A DNA stretch of 64,000 nt from an uncultured Alphaproteobacteria bacterium (lineage in GTDB: Bacteria; Pseudomonadota; Alphaproteobacteria; Rhizobiales; Xanthobacteraceae): positions 118,413 through 182,412 of the forward strand of contig CAWGOW010000002.1 in assembly GCA_963824305.1 (NCBI GenBank). The letters run 5' to 3'. Every line of letters begins with the position of its first letter. Position 1 is the first letter of the stretch. Below, piece after piece: positions 27,262 to 35,961 of the stretch. Below the pieces are notes generated by a model. It made no database searches. It was not told the DNA's origin and saw only the letters and a program-made list of their open reading frames with translations. Both the position numbers and the translations under genes were made by a program.

Positions 27262-28050
27262 TCAACGTTTGCGGAATTTGCGGAAGTTGGATGGTCGCTT
27301 TTCTAGAAATGCCGTGATTCCTTCCATGTTCTCCTCGTTGCCGTAGATCGAGGCGAGCAGTTCCGACGTCGGGAAGTACGACGAATAAAATTCCTGATCT
27401 GATCCCGCATTGAGGGCGACCTTGGCGATCCGGATGCTTTGCGGGCTTTTGTCCAGGATTTCGTTGCAGAGCTTCTCGACCTCTTCGTCGAGCTTGTCGG
27501 CCGGACACACCTGGTTGATCAGTCCCATCTGGAGGGCTTGTTGCGCGGTATAGAGCCGACACGTGTAGACCATTTCGCGCGCTTTGCGCTCACCGACGTA
27601 ACGGGCCAGCAACTGGCAGGCGCCCCAGATCGGGATGCTGCCGACGCGGGGACCGACCTGACCGAATTTTGCATCTTCGCTCGCTACCGACATGTCGCAA
27701 AACAGGTGAATTTCGTTGCCTCCGCCGACGCAGAAGCCACGGACCTTGGCGATGATCGGCTTGTCGATCATTCGCATTACCGACGACAGGGCAAACAGAC
27801 GACGCATATGCGTACGCCCGATATAGGGCTTGCGGGTCGATTGATCGCTGACGTCACCGCCGGAAGAGAACGCCTTGTCTCCAGCGCCGGTCAGCACGAT
27901 GACTCCGATTTCGGGATCGTCGCCTGCCGTCTTCATCGCTTCCGTCAGTTCCTCGTAGGTCTTTGGCCGAACCGCGTTGCGCACCTTCGGACGGTTGATG
28001 GTGATGGTGGCGACGCCGCCGTTGGTCTCGTAAAGCACGTCTTCGAACAT
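27262..28050 (-). CDS. Crotonase-superfamily protein of the MenB/BadI branch (possible C-C hydrolase or ring-opening enzyme)
   Basis: 262 aa. From memory it aligns along its length with MenB/BadI (ITINRPKVRNA..., GAGDKAFSSGGD, FGQVGPRVGS, C-terminal EGITAFLEKRPSNFRKF). Confidence 0.75.
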   Translation of the reverse strand: MFEDVLYETNGGVATITINRPKVRNAVRPKTYEELTEAMKTAGDDPEIGVIVLTGAGDKAFSSGGDVSDQSTRKPYIGRTHMRRLFALSSVMRMIDKPIIAKVRGFCVGGGNEIHLFCDMSVASEDAKFGQVGPRVGSIPIWGACQLLARYVGERKAREMVYTCRLYTAQQALQMGLINQVCPADKLDEEVEKLCNEILDKSPQSIRIAKVALNAGSDQEFYSSYFPTSELLASIYGNEENMEGITAFLEKRPSNFRKFRKR

Positions 28051-28101
28051 GGCTGAGGTCTCCCGGGCGCTTTCTTGGGCTTGGTGGGCCGGTTTCGTAG
28101 G

Positions 28102-28117
28102 GTGGATAAAAATCCAC
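28102..28117. promoter_or_regulatory. Perfect palindrome GTGGAT-AAAA-ATCCAC in a divergent promoter region (candidate operator, possibly for the adjacent IclR regulator)
   Basis: Read directly. A second perfect palindrome, CCAAATTTGG, lies at 28170-28179 in the same 169-nt intergenic region. Confidence 0.45.
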
Positions 28118-28218
28118 TAGGCGAACCGTCGGCCGGAGACTAAGATAAAGGTCGGTTTGATCGCAATGCCCAAATTTGGATTGGCTGCGAGAGTCAATTG
28201 TTCCGCGTTGTGTGTAGG

Positions 28219-29049
28219 ATGACTGCTGCTCCCAACTACATGGTCGCCCCGACGGCATCCGTTGACCCGGCATCGGATCCGGGGTGTCCGCCGCTGGCTA
28301 TCGTCAGCCGGGGAAAAGGACCATGCATGGTTCTGTTCCATGGTGGCGTCGGCTCCTCATCGCACTGGACTGGCAACGTTGAGGCGCTCGCCGAGCGTTT
28401 CAGTGTCAGGGCGTTCGATCTGCCCGGCTACGGCAAATCGCCGGATGTTCCGAAGAATATGACACCGGATGGGTACGTCGATTGGGTCGTTGCGGCTGTC
28501 GCTGCGACAGCGCCGGATCGCTGCCATCTCGTCGGCTTCAGTTTCGGCGGTGCGCTGGCGGCTCGCGTCGCGGCGCGGCTCGGTGAGAAAATCGTCAAAT
28601 TGTCGTTGCTGGGGACGGGAGGGTTCGGCGTTCCCGTCGGACGCGTCATCCCGACTATCGGCGTTCCCGGCCCCGAGGCCGACGTCGCTGCACGGCGCGA
28701 GGCGGCTGCCGCAAATCTCGGCCAATGGATGCTTTCCAGTGTGCCCGCCGCAGATGATCCAGTCGTCGACACGCAGCTCTCAAATATTGATCGAACGCGC
28801 TTCAACAGCCGCCGCGTTAGTCACCAGGCAACCTTGCTAGACGACCTGCCGCGCATTACGGCGCCGGTTCAACTGGTCTGGGGCGCGGAGGACAAGCTCG
28901 CTTTCCCCTCGATCGAATCCCGCGCCGATGCCTGCCGCGCGGTGCGATCCGACATCGAGATTGCTGTGGTGCCGGGCGGCGGACATTGGATTCAGTACGA
29001 GCAGGCCGACCGGGTGAATAGGCTTTTGTTGAATTTTCACGCGGTGTGA
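28219..29049 (+). CDS. Alpha/beta-fold hydrolase (MhpC/BphD-like)
   Basis: HGG oxyanion motif (MVLFHGGVGS) and nucleophile elbow GFSFGG. The start is uncertain (ATG 28219, or TTG 28198). Confidence 0.75.
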   Translation: MTAAPNYMVAPTASVDPASDPGCPPLAIVSRGKGPCMVLFHGGVGSSSHWTGNVEALAERFSVRAFDLPGYGKSPDVPKNMTPDGYVDWVVAAVAATAPDRCHLVGFSFGGALAARVAARLGEKIVKLSLLGTGGFGVPVGRVIPTIGVPGPEADVAARREAAAANLGQWMLSSVPAADDPVVDTQLSNIDRTRFNSRRVSHQATLLDDLPRITAPVQLVWGAEDKLAFPSIESRADACRAVRSDIEIAVVPGGGHWIQYEQADRVNRLLLNFHAV

Positions 29050-29155
29050 GGTGGGCAATGAGGTCTGAAAAGATGCGTTCAGTAGTTGTAAAGATTTGCC
29101 GGTTCGCGTCGAATGTTGTAACGAGGCCGGGTTTTTTCGAGGGGCTTGGCACAAG

Positions 29156-29950
29156 ATGATCAGAGCCGTGGAGCGCGCGCTCGCTATTTTCGACGCTTTC
29201 GACCCCGCCCACACGATGCTGACCCTTCAGGAGATCGGTCAGCGGATCGGCCTTTCGAAGGCGACGACCTATCGGTTGGTGAATTGTCTTTATGACCTCG
29301 GTTACCTCGTCCGTCTCGACGACAACCGGTATTGCCTGTCGCTTAAACTCACCCGCTTGAGCGGGATGGTTCGCAGCACGATCGGAATTCGCGAAATCGC
29401 CCGGCCTGCCATGCTCAACCTAGTGCAAAAGACCGGCGAAACCGTCACGCTCAATACGGTTTCCAACGGTCAGCGGCTCTGTATCGAGGTGTTCGATACG
29501 CCGGCGCCCTTGATGAGTATCGTACGAGCAGGCGAGCAGACGACCTTGCTTTACGGCGCTACGGGACGAACCCTTCTTGCCTATTTGAGCAGTTCTGAAG
29601 TCGACCGGATTTTCCGCGACAGCCCACCCAAGGAGCGGCCCAATCGCGCCGAACTGGAAAGGCAGCTGGCGCGGTTTCGCCAGCAAGGCTATGCGATGAC
29701 GAGCAGCGAACGTGTTGCAGGCGTAACGGCAATTTCGGTTCCGCTTCGCGATATCAACGGCCAGGTTCGCTATTGCATCAGCATCACCGGGCCGGCCATT
29801 CGTGTCGATCGAAAGCTAGATGCATTCATTTTGTTGCTGCTCAATGCGAGCAAGGTGGTGTCGAGCCAGATGGGCGCTCGGGCCGACGAGCTTGAAATTG
29901 CCGACTCTCCAACCGAACCGAAGGTCCGCCGCAAGAAAGCCGTCGCTTGA
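29156..29950 (+). CDS. IclR-family transcriptional regulator
   Basis: Start at ATG 29156 (MIRAVERALAIFDAF). It has an N-terminal wHTH (LTLQEIGQRIGLSKATTYRLV) and a C-terminal IclR effector domain. Confidence 0.85.
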   Translation: MIRAVERALAIFDAFDPAHTMLTLQEIGQRIGLSKATTYRLVNCLYDLGYLVRLDDNRYCLSLKLTRLSGMVRSTIGIREIARPAMLNLVQKTGETVTLNTVSNGQRLCIEVFDTPAPLMSIVRAGEQTTLLYGATGRTLLAYLSSSEVDRIFRDSPPKERPNRAELERQLARFRQQGYAMTSSERVAGVTAISVPLRDINGQVRYCISITGPAIRVDRKLDAFILLLLNASKVVSSQMGARADELEIADSPTEPKVRRKKAVA

Positions 29951-30156
29951 ACCGGACCGGCCTCCACCGCCACATCTCGTTGGTTTGCGCCGGCCGACTT
30001 TAGTCGCACGGCGCGCGGTGCGACGCGACAATCGCTAGACGGCCTGACGCTTTTTCCGCATAGACTATCGTGGCTAATTTTGCTGGACGAAACCGGTTTC
30101 ATGTTTTAGCTTAATCTGATCAAGGCCCAAATAAGAGCCTGTCGGGAGGAAATGGA

Positions 30157-31383
30157 ATGAAGCTATTTCGCTCGTGTTTGATTGTCGCCTCGATGCTGGT
30201 GCCGGCAGTCTCCCTGAATTCGACCGCCCAGGCGGAAAACACGATCAGGATTGGCGCGCCGCTCTCGATTTCAGGAAAATTTGTTTCTTACGGCGCCGCG
30301 GCCAAGCGCGGCATCGAGATGGCGGTCGATGTCTACGGCGGCAAAGTCGCCAACAAGAAAATCGAAGTTTTGTTTCGCGACACACAATCTGATCCGCAAG
30401 TCACTGTGAATTCGTTCACCCAGTTGCTGGCGGAAGAGAAGGTCAACTATCTAATCGGTCCAATCGCGACACCGATGACGATGGCCGGACTTCCGGCTTG
30501 GCGTCGCACCAAGGCGCTGTGGATTGTGCCGGGCGCCACGACACCGTTGTTGGAGGAAGAGGCCGGCAAGGAGCCGATGCTCTTCCATACTTTCCCTTAC
30601 GCCTACTACTACCACCGTGCACTTGCGCGCAGCCTGAAGGAGAAACTTGGACCGGGCAAAACCGTTGCCATTATCTATGGCGACGACGCGTATGGCCGCG
30701 AGCACCTGCCTTATGCGCAAAAGTACTTTGCCGAAGAGGGATTCAAGATCGTTGCCGAGGAACTGGTGCGCGCAGGTGCGACCGATCTAAATCCGGTGTT
30801 GGCTAAGATCCGTCGGGTGAAGCCGGACATATTGCTGGGCCTCGTTCAGACTACTGACGGCATCTTGCTGACGAAGCAGGTTTACGTTCAACGTCTCAAT
30901 ATTCCCTACCTCGTCGGCACGGCCTATCCGCAGCTGAAGCAATGGCAGGACGCGACGGCTGAAGCACAAGAAGGCTGGGTCGGCGTCACAACCTACATCA
31001 ACGGCATGAAGGCAAAGTCCGACCCGAAGTATCCGAAGCTATTTATGGATTCCGATGCGTGGATCCGGGAATTCACCAAACGGTATAATCGAGTTCCCGA
31101 ATTCATCGATGTCGGCGCGTATGTCTCGACGTGCATGCTATTGATCGCGATCGAGAATGCAGGCGGTGTCGACGACAAGGAGAAGGTCGCCGAGGAACTG
31201 AAGAAACTCGATGTGAAGACCATGATCGGGAGGGGGCATTTCGAACCAAGTCTTGGCGGAACCCTCAATCAGGCCTTTGCAGACGTCGTGGTGCATCAGC
31301 GCGTCAAGGGTAACGATGCGATTCTCTATCCAAAAGAATTCGAGACCACCGACAAGTTCGAGCAGGCGAGCTACGCCAAGTAG
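30157..31383 (+). CDS. ABC transporter substrate-binding protein, Liv/branched-chain amino-acid type (PBP type I), with signal peptide
   Basis: 408 aa. The signal peptide ends at AQA-EN. It is followed by LivHMFG-type genes. Confidence 0.85.
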   Translation: MKLFRSCLIVASMLVPAVSLNSTAQAENTIRIGAPLSISGKFVSYGAAAKRGIEMAVDVYGGKVANKKIEVLFRDTQSDPQVTVNSFTQLLAEEKVNYLIGPIATPMTMAGLPAWRRTKALWIVPGATTPLLEEEAGKEPMLFHTFPYAYYYHRALARSLKEKLGPGKTVAIIYGDDAYGREHLPYAQKYFAEEGFKIVAEELVRAGATDLNPVLAKIRRVKPDILLGLVQTTDGILLTKQVYVQRLNIPYLVGTAYPQLKQWQDATAEAQEGWVGVTTYINGMKAKSDPKYPKLFMDSDAWIREFTKRYNRVPEFIDVGAYVSTCMLLIAIENAGGVDDKEKVAEELKKLDVKTMIGRGHFEPSLGGTLNQAFADVVVHQRVKGNDAILYPKEFETTDKFEQASYAK

Positions 31384-31453
31384 TCCAGCCGACGGGTTGG
31401 GACGGAAGCTTGCAGCTTACATCCCTGGGCAATGGAAGAGGTGATTGCGAGCA

Positions 31454-32338
31454 ATGCTTGGACTTACGCTTCAGATCTTGGTCGATTCTCTCCTGCTGGG
31501 GGGAGTCTATACCTTGATGGCGGTCGGGCTTTCGCTCGCTTTCGGCGTCACGCGGATCATTAATTTTGCCCATGGCGATATCGTCATGTATGGCGCCTAT
31601 GCCGCGTTCTTTGCCTTCCTTGGATTGAACGTCGATCCCTTGGTCAGCCTGCTGCTGGTTGCGTTGCTCGGCGGGATCGGCGGCTATTTGCTGTTTAAGG
31701 TGACGCTCAACCGGATTCTCGACAGTGCCGGCATCAACCAGGTGCTTCTAACTTTCGGGATAGGGCTTGTGCTGCAGAACGTCGCCGTGATTCTGTGGAC
31801 CGGTGACGAGCGTTCGACAACGCCATCTTATGCGTTCAATTCCTGGTTTCTTACTGAGGACGTCATCGTCGCGAAGGGCCGGCTGATCGCTTTCTTTCTC
31901 GCGGCCGTGTTCGTCGTGCTTCTGCTTGCCTGGTTGCGGTGGAGCGAACTCGGGCGCGCGACCCGCGCCGTTTCGCAGAACCGTGCCGCGGCCTCGCTGA
32001 TGGGCATCGATGTCCGCGCGATGTATGCGTTATCTTTCGGGTTAAGTTCGGCGCTCGGCACAGCGACGGGCGCCATCATGAGCTTCCTGCTGCCGATCAC
32101 GCCATTCATGGGCTTTCCGATTCTGGTGAAAGCATTCGCGATCATCATCCTGGGCGGCCTCGATAGCGTCGTTGGCACGGTGATCGGCGCGTTTTTTCTG
32201 GCAACGGCGGAAACAACCATCAGCTATCTGGTACCGCAGGGAATCGGCTGGGCTGAGGGTGTCGCGTTCTTCCTGCTCGTGATGGTTCTGATCGCCCGTC
32301 CCACCGGAATTCTTGGAACCGTCGGGCGCGAAGCATGA
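31454..32338 (+). CDS. Branched-chain amino-acid-type ABC permease (LivH-like)
   Basis: Polytopic protein with an N-terminus typical of the LivH family (MLGLTLQILVDSLLLGGVYTLMAVGLSL). Confidence 0.85.
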   Translation: MLGLTLQILVDSLLLGGVYTLMAVGLSLAFGVTRIINFAHGDIVMYGAYAAFFAFLGLNVDPLVSLLLVALLGGIGGYLLFKVTLNRILDSAGINQVLLTFGIGLVLQNVAVILWTGDERSTTPSYAFNSWFLTEDVIVAKGRLIAFFLAAVFVVLLLAWLRWSELGRATRAVSQNRAAASLMGIDVRAMYALSFGLSSALGTATGAIMSFLLPITPFMGFPILVKAFAIIILGGLDSVVGTVIGAFFLATAETTISYLVPQGIGWAEGVAFFLLVMVLIARPTGILGTVGREA

Positions 32339-33294
32339 TCTGGACACGGACAGGCGCCATTCTGGCGGTCGGATTGCTTGCGGCATTCGTGCTGCCGCAC
32401 TTTCTGCCGCCGGGCTTGAGTGACTGGGTCACGCGCTTGGCGACGCTAATCCTGGTCGCGGTGAGCTGGAACATGATGGCCAATGCCGGGCTGATTTCGC
32501 TCGGTCACTCCGGCTTCTGGGGCCTCGGGGCCTATTCGGCAGCCTTGCTGGCCAATGCCTTTCACATCCCGTTCTGGTTTTCGATTGTTCCCGCGATTTT
32601 CCTCGGCGGAGTGTACGGCGCCTTCCTCGGCTATATCACGGGCCGCCTGCGCGGGTTGTTCTTTGCTATCTCTACGCTCGCAACGTCTGAAGCGCTGCGT
32701 GTCGTGGCGCTGATGGTGCCAAAGCTGACCGGCGGGGCCGAAGGCGTTTTCGTCTACGATAAGCTTCGGCCGGACCGTCTCACCATGACGACCTTTTCGC
32801 TTTGTCTGACCGCAATTGCGATCGCGGTGTCTTATCTTTTGCTGAAGTCCCGCTATCAATATGCTTTGCGGGCCATGCGTGACAGCGAGAGCGCGGCGCA
32901 AATGCTCGGCGTCAATCCCGCACGCTTTCGGATCGGGGTCACCACTCTCTCCGGCGCGATGGCATCCTGTGCCGGGGTGATCAGCGTCTGGTACACTGGC
33001 TATCTCGATCCCGGCTCTGCGTTTGATCTGAAGGTGACGATTTCGGCGCAGATCGCGCCGTTGTTCGGCGGGCTTTATACAATCATCGGTCCCGTGATCG
33101 GATCGATCGCGGTTCTCGCACTGTCGGAATTGACCCGGCTCTATTTCAACTATTCCGGTGGTGTCAGCCTTCTGGTTTACGGTTGTGTGCTGGTGTTCGG
33201 CGTGCTCGCGATGCCGCAAGGACTGGTGGGATTGTGGAAGCGATGGACCAGGGGATCTCCTGAAGGCGCTTCGCTGGCGGCGGGGGTAAAATGA
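32335..33294 (+). CDS. Branched-chain amino-acid-type ABC permease (LivM-like)
   Basis: 319 aa polytopic protein. ATGA overlap with the upstream permease gene. Confidence 0.85.
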   Translation: MIWTRTGAILAVGLLAAFVLPHFLPPGLSDWVTRLATLILVAVSWNMMANAGLISLGHSGFWGLGAYSAALLANAFHIPFWFSIVPAIFLGGVYGAFLGYITGRLRGLFFAISTLATSEALRVVALMVPKLTGGAEGVFVYDKLRPDRLTMTTFSLCLTAIAIAVSYLLLKSRYQYALRAMRDSESAAQMLGVNPARFRIGVTTLSGAMASCAGVISVWYTGYLDPGSAFDLKVTISAQIAPLFGGLYTIIGPVIGSIAVLALSELTRLYFNYSGGVSLLVYGCVLVFGVLAMPQGLVGLWKRWTRGSPEGASLAAGVK

Positions 33295-34085
33295 GCCAGC
33301 CCATTCTCCGCCTCGACAACATCCGAGCCGGCTACGAAGACAGCGTCGTCATCGACGGCCTTAGCCTGGCAATAGAGCAGGGTGAGGTCGTTTGTCTGCT
33401 CGGCGCCAACGGCGCGGGAAAAACCACGACCATGCGGGCCGTCACCGGGCTCATTCCATTGCAGGCAGGCACGATCGTCTACGACGGCGAGGATATTTCG
33501 CAAATGCCGCCGCACGAGCGGGTGACCGCGGGCATTTGCCTGTCGCCGGAAGGACGGCAAGTCTTTCCTGATCTGACCGTGATGGAGAATCTCTCGCTCG
33601 GGTCGTTCAACAAGCGCGCGCGCCCGAACCGAAAGGAAAGTCTGGATCGCGTCTTGACGCTGTTTCCAAAGCTCGGGGAACGCCGGGAGCAGGCGGCAGG
33701 CCTGATGTCCGGCGGTGAACAGCAGATGCTCGCCATTGGCCGTGCACTGATGGGGCAACCAAAGCTGCTGGCGCTCGATGAACCTTCGCTGGGTTTGTCT
33801 CCGAAAATGGTCAGCACGGTTTTTGAGGCGGTGCAGACCATCGCCAGAAGCGGCATCACCATTCTGCTCGTCGAGCAGAATGCGCGCGCAGCGTTGACGG
33901 TCGCGCAGCGGGGCTATGTGTTGTCGGCCGGGCGCGTGGCGCATGAGGGGCGTGCCAGCGATCTCGTAGCATCCGAGTCCATTCAAAAGGCCTTTGTCGG
34001 TGCGGCCTTCAGCACGGAGCGGGTTCGCCGGAGCCGCCGTGAACGCCGCGCGACGGAAAGCCGGGACGGAGGTGCCGGTGCTTAA
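33291..34085 (+). CDS. ABC transporter ATP-binding protein (LivF-like)
   Basis: Walker A GANGAGKTT, signature LSGGEQQML, Walker B LLALDEPS. It has an Arg-rich C-terminal tail that overlaps the next gene. Confidence 0.85.
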   Translation: MSQPILRLDNIRAGYEDSVVIDGLSLAIEQGEVVCLLGANGAGKTTTMRAVTGLIPLQAGTIVYDGEDISQMPPHERVTAGICLSPEGRQVFPDLTVMENLSLGSFNKRARPNRKESLDRVLTLFPKLGERREQAAGLMSGGEQQMLAIGRALMGQPKLLALDEPSLGLSPKMVSTVFEAVQTIARSGITILLVEQNARAALTVAQRGYVLSAGRVAHEGRASDLVASESIQKAFVGAAFSTERVRRSRRERRATESRDGGAGA

Positions 34086-34812
34086 AGTTAGCGGGCTTTC
34101 CAAGCGCTATGGCGGTGTCGCAGCGATCTCGGGTCTGTCGTTCGAACTCGGGCGCGGCGAGATATTGGGCGTCATCGGTCCGAATGGTGCCGGCAAGACC
34201 ACGCTCTTGAATCTGATTACCGGATACAGCGTTCCAAACGACGGCTCCATTGTGTTCGAGGGCAAGGAGCTTCGCGGGCTGGCGCCGTACGAGATATGCC
34301 GGCTTGGCGTTGCCCGGACGTTCCAGGTGGTCAGACCGTTTGCCGAGATGACCGTCAACGACAACGTCATGACAGGCGCGTTGTTTGCTTCTGACAAATG
34401 GATATCGGCGCAAGATGCGGCTATTCGCGCGGAGCAGGCGCTCGATCTGGTCGGTTTGCTGCACAAGAAAAACGTATTCGGCGGCGACCTGACGATTGGT
34501 GAAAAGAAGAAGCTGGAATTGGCGCGGGCGCTTGCGACGCAGTCGAAGCTGCTACTGCTTGACGAAGTAATGTCTGGCCTGACCGGGGCCGAGATCGAGG
34601 CCATCATGGACGCGATCGAACGGGTCGCGGATTCCGGCGTGACCATCCTGATGATCGAGCATCTGGTCGGCGTCATTCTGGCGCTGGCGGATCGTGTGCT
34701 GGTGCTCAATTTCGGGCGCGAACTCTTTCAGGGGGAGCCGGAAAAGGTCATCGCCCATCCCGATGTGATTGAATCGTACCTCGGGCAGCCGCTCGAGAAG
34801 CTTCGTTCCTGA
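34072..34812 (+). CDS. ABC transporter ATP-binding protein (LivG-like)
   Basis: Probable GTG start at 34072 or 34078 (VPVLKVSGLSKRYGG). Walker A GPNGAGKTT and Walker B LLLLDEVMSG. The listed ORF start at 33994 lies inside the previous gene. Confidence 0.82.
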   Translation: MPVLKVSGLSKRYGGVAAISGLSFELGRGEILGVIGPNGAGKTTLLNLITGYSVPNDGSIVFEGKELRGLAPYEICRLGVARTFQVVRPFAEMTVNDNVMTGALFASDKWISAQDAAIRAEQALDLVGLLHKKNVFGGDLTIGEKKKLELARALATQSKLLLLDEVMSGLTGAEIEAIMDAIERVADSGVTILMIEHLVGVILALADRVLVLNFGRELFQGEPEKVIAHPDVIESYLGQPLEKLRS

Positions 34813-34840
34813 GCGTATTCGTGAACAAAGAGGTTTCGTA

Positions 34841-35947
34841 ATGTCTGCACTCTTTTCCAAATTCAAGATGCGCGATCTGGAATTGGACAACCGCATCGTG
34901 GTGTCGCCGATGGGCCAGTATTCCGGCGACAACGGCAGCGCAACGGATTGGCACATGATGCATCTCGGGCATCTCGCGGTGTCGGGTGCGGGTCTCCTGA
35001 TCACGGAAGCGACCGCCGTCAATCCGGAAGGCCGCCTCAGCAAGACCGATCTCGGGCTTTTTTCCGACGAGAACGAAGCCGCGCTAACCCGCGTGATTGG
35101 GTTCTGCCGTCGTTACGGCGGCGCAAAACTCGGTATTCAGCTTTATCACGGCGGCCGAAAGAGTTCGATTTCGACGGCCTGGGAAGGACAAAAAGCGATT
35201 CCTCTCGACAAGGGCGGATGGACGCCTCACAGCGCCTCCGACGTTGCCTATCCAGGCCGCAATGATCCGCGTGGACTGGATGAAGCCGGCGTCAGGCGCG
35301 AGATTGCGGCCTTTGCCAAGGCTGCCGAACGCGCCAACCGGATCGGCTTCGATATGATCGAGATTCATGCCGCGCACGGCTACCTGATCCACAATTTCCT
35401 GTCGCCTTTCGCCAACAAGCGAACCGACGGCTACGGGGGATCACTGCAGGGGCGGATGCGCTTTGCCATCGAAATCTATGAAGCCATTCGCAAGGTCTGG
35501 CCGGACCACAAGCCGCTGGGCATGCGCATTTCGGCTACTGATTGGGTCGAAGGCGGCTGGACGCTCGACGACAGCGTGGAGCTTGCAAAGGAATTGAAGA
35601 AGCGGGGATGCGATTACATCTGCGCTTCGAGCGGCGGCTCGGTGCCCGAGCAGCAGTTGAACGTCGGTCCTGGCTATCAGGTGCCGTTCGCCGAGCGCAT
35701 CCGCAAGGAGTCCGGAATGGCGACGATGGCGGTGGGCTTGATCACGGAAGCAAGGCAGGCTGAAGATATCATCACCGGCGGCAGGGCCGACATGGTCGCG
35801 CTCGGGCGCGGCATGCTGTTCAATCCGCGCTGGCCCTGGCACGCGGCGATGGAGTTGGGCCAGCGGGTCTACTATCCTCCGCAATACGAGCGCTCGCACC
35901 CGCAGATGCGCGCGGGAGATTTCCTAAAACCACGCGCCGAGGCGTAA
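34841..35947 (+). CDS. NADH:flavin oxidoreductase, Old Yellow Enzyme family
   Basis: Start at ATG 34841 (MSALFSKFKMRDLELDNRIVVSPMGQY). HAAHGYLIHNFLSP motif. 368 aa. Confidence 0.85.
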   Translation: MSALFSKFKMRDLELDNRIVVSPMGQYSGDNGSATDWHMMHLGHLAVSGAGLLITEATAVNPEGRLSKTDLGLFSDENEAALTRVIGFCRRYGGAKLGIQLYHGGRKSSISTAWEGQKAIPLDKGGWTPHSASDVAYPGRNDPRGLDEAGVRREIAAFAKAAERANRIGFDMIEIHAAHGYLIHNFLSPFANKRTDGYGGSLQGRMRFAIEIYEAIRKVWPDHKPLGMRISATDWVEGGWTLDDSVELAKELKKRGCDYICASSGGSVPEQQLNVGPGYQVPFAERIRKESGMATMAVGLITEARQAEDIITGGRADMVALGRGMLFNPRWPWHAAMELGQRVYYPPQYERSHPQMRAGDFLKPRAEA

Positions 35948-35961
35948 TTCTCGACGTTGTG

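Noticed and set aside
30003-30024. Hairpin GTCGCAC-N8-GTGCGAC after iclR, considered as an intrinsic terminator
   Set aside because: There is no adjacent U-tract; the nearest T5 run is 27 nt downstream. I left it unannotated as a feature.
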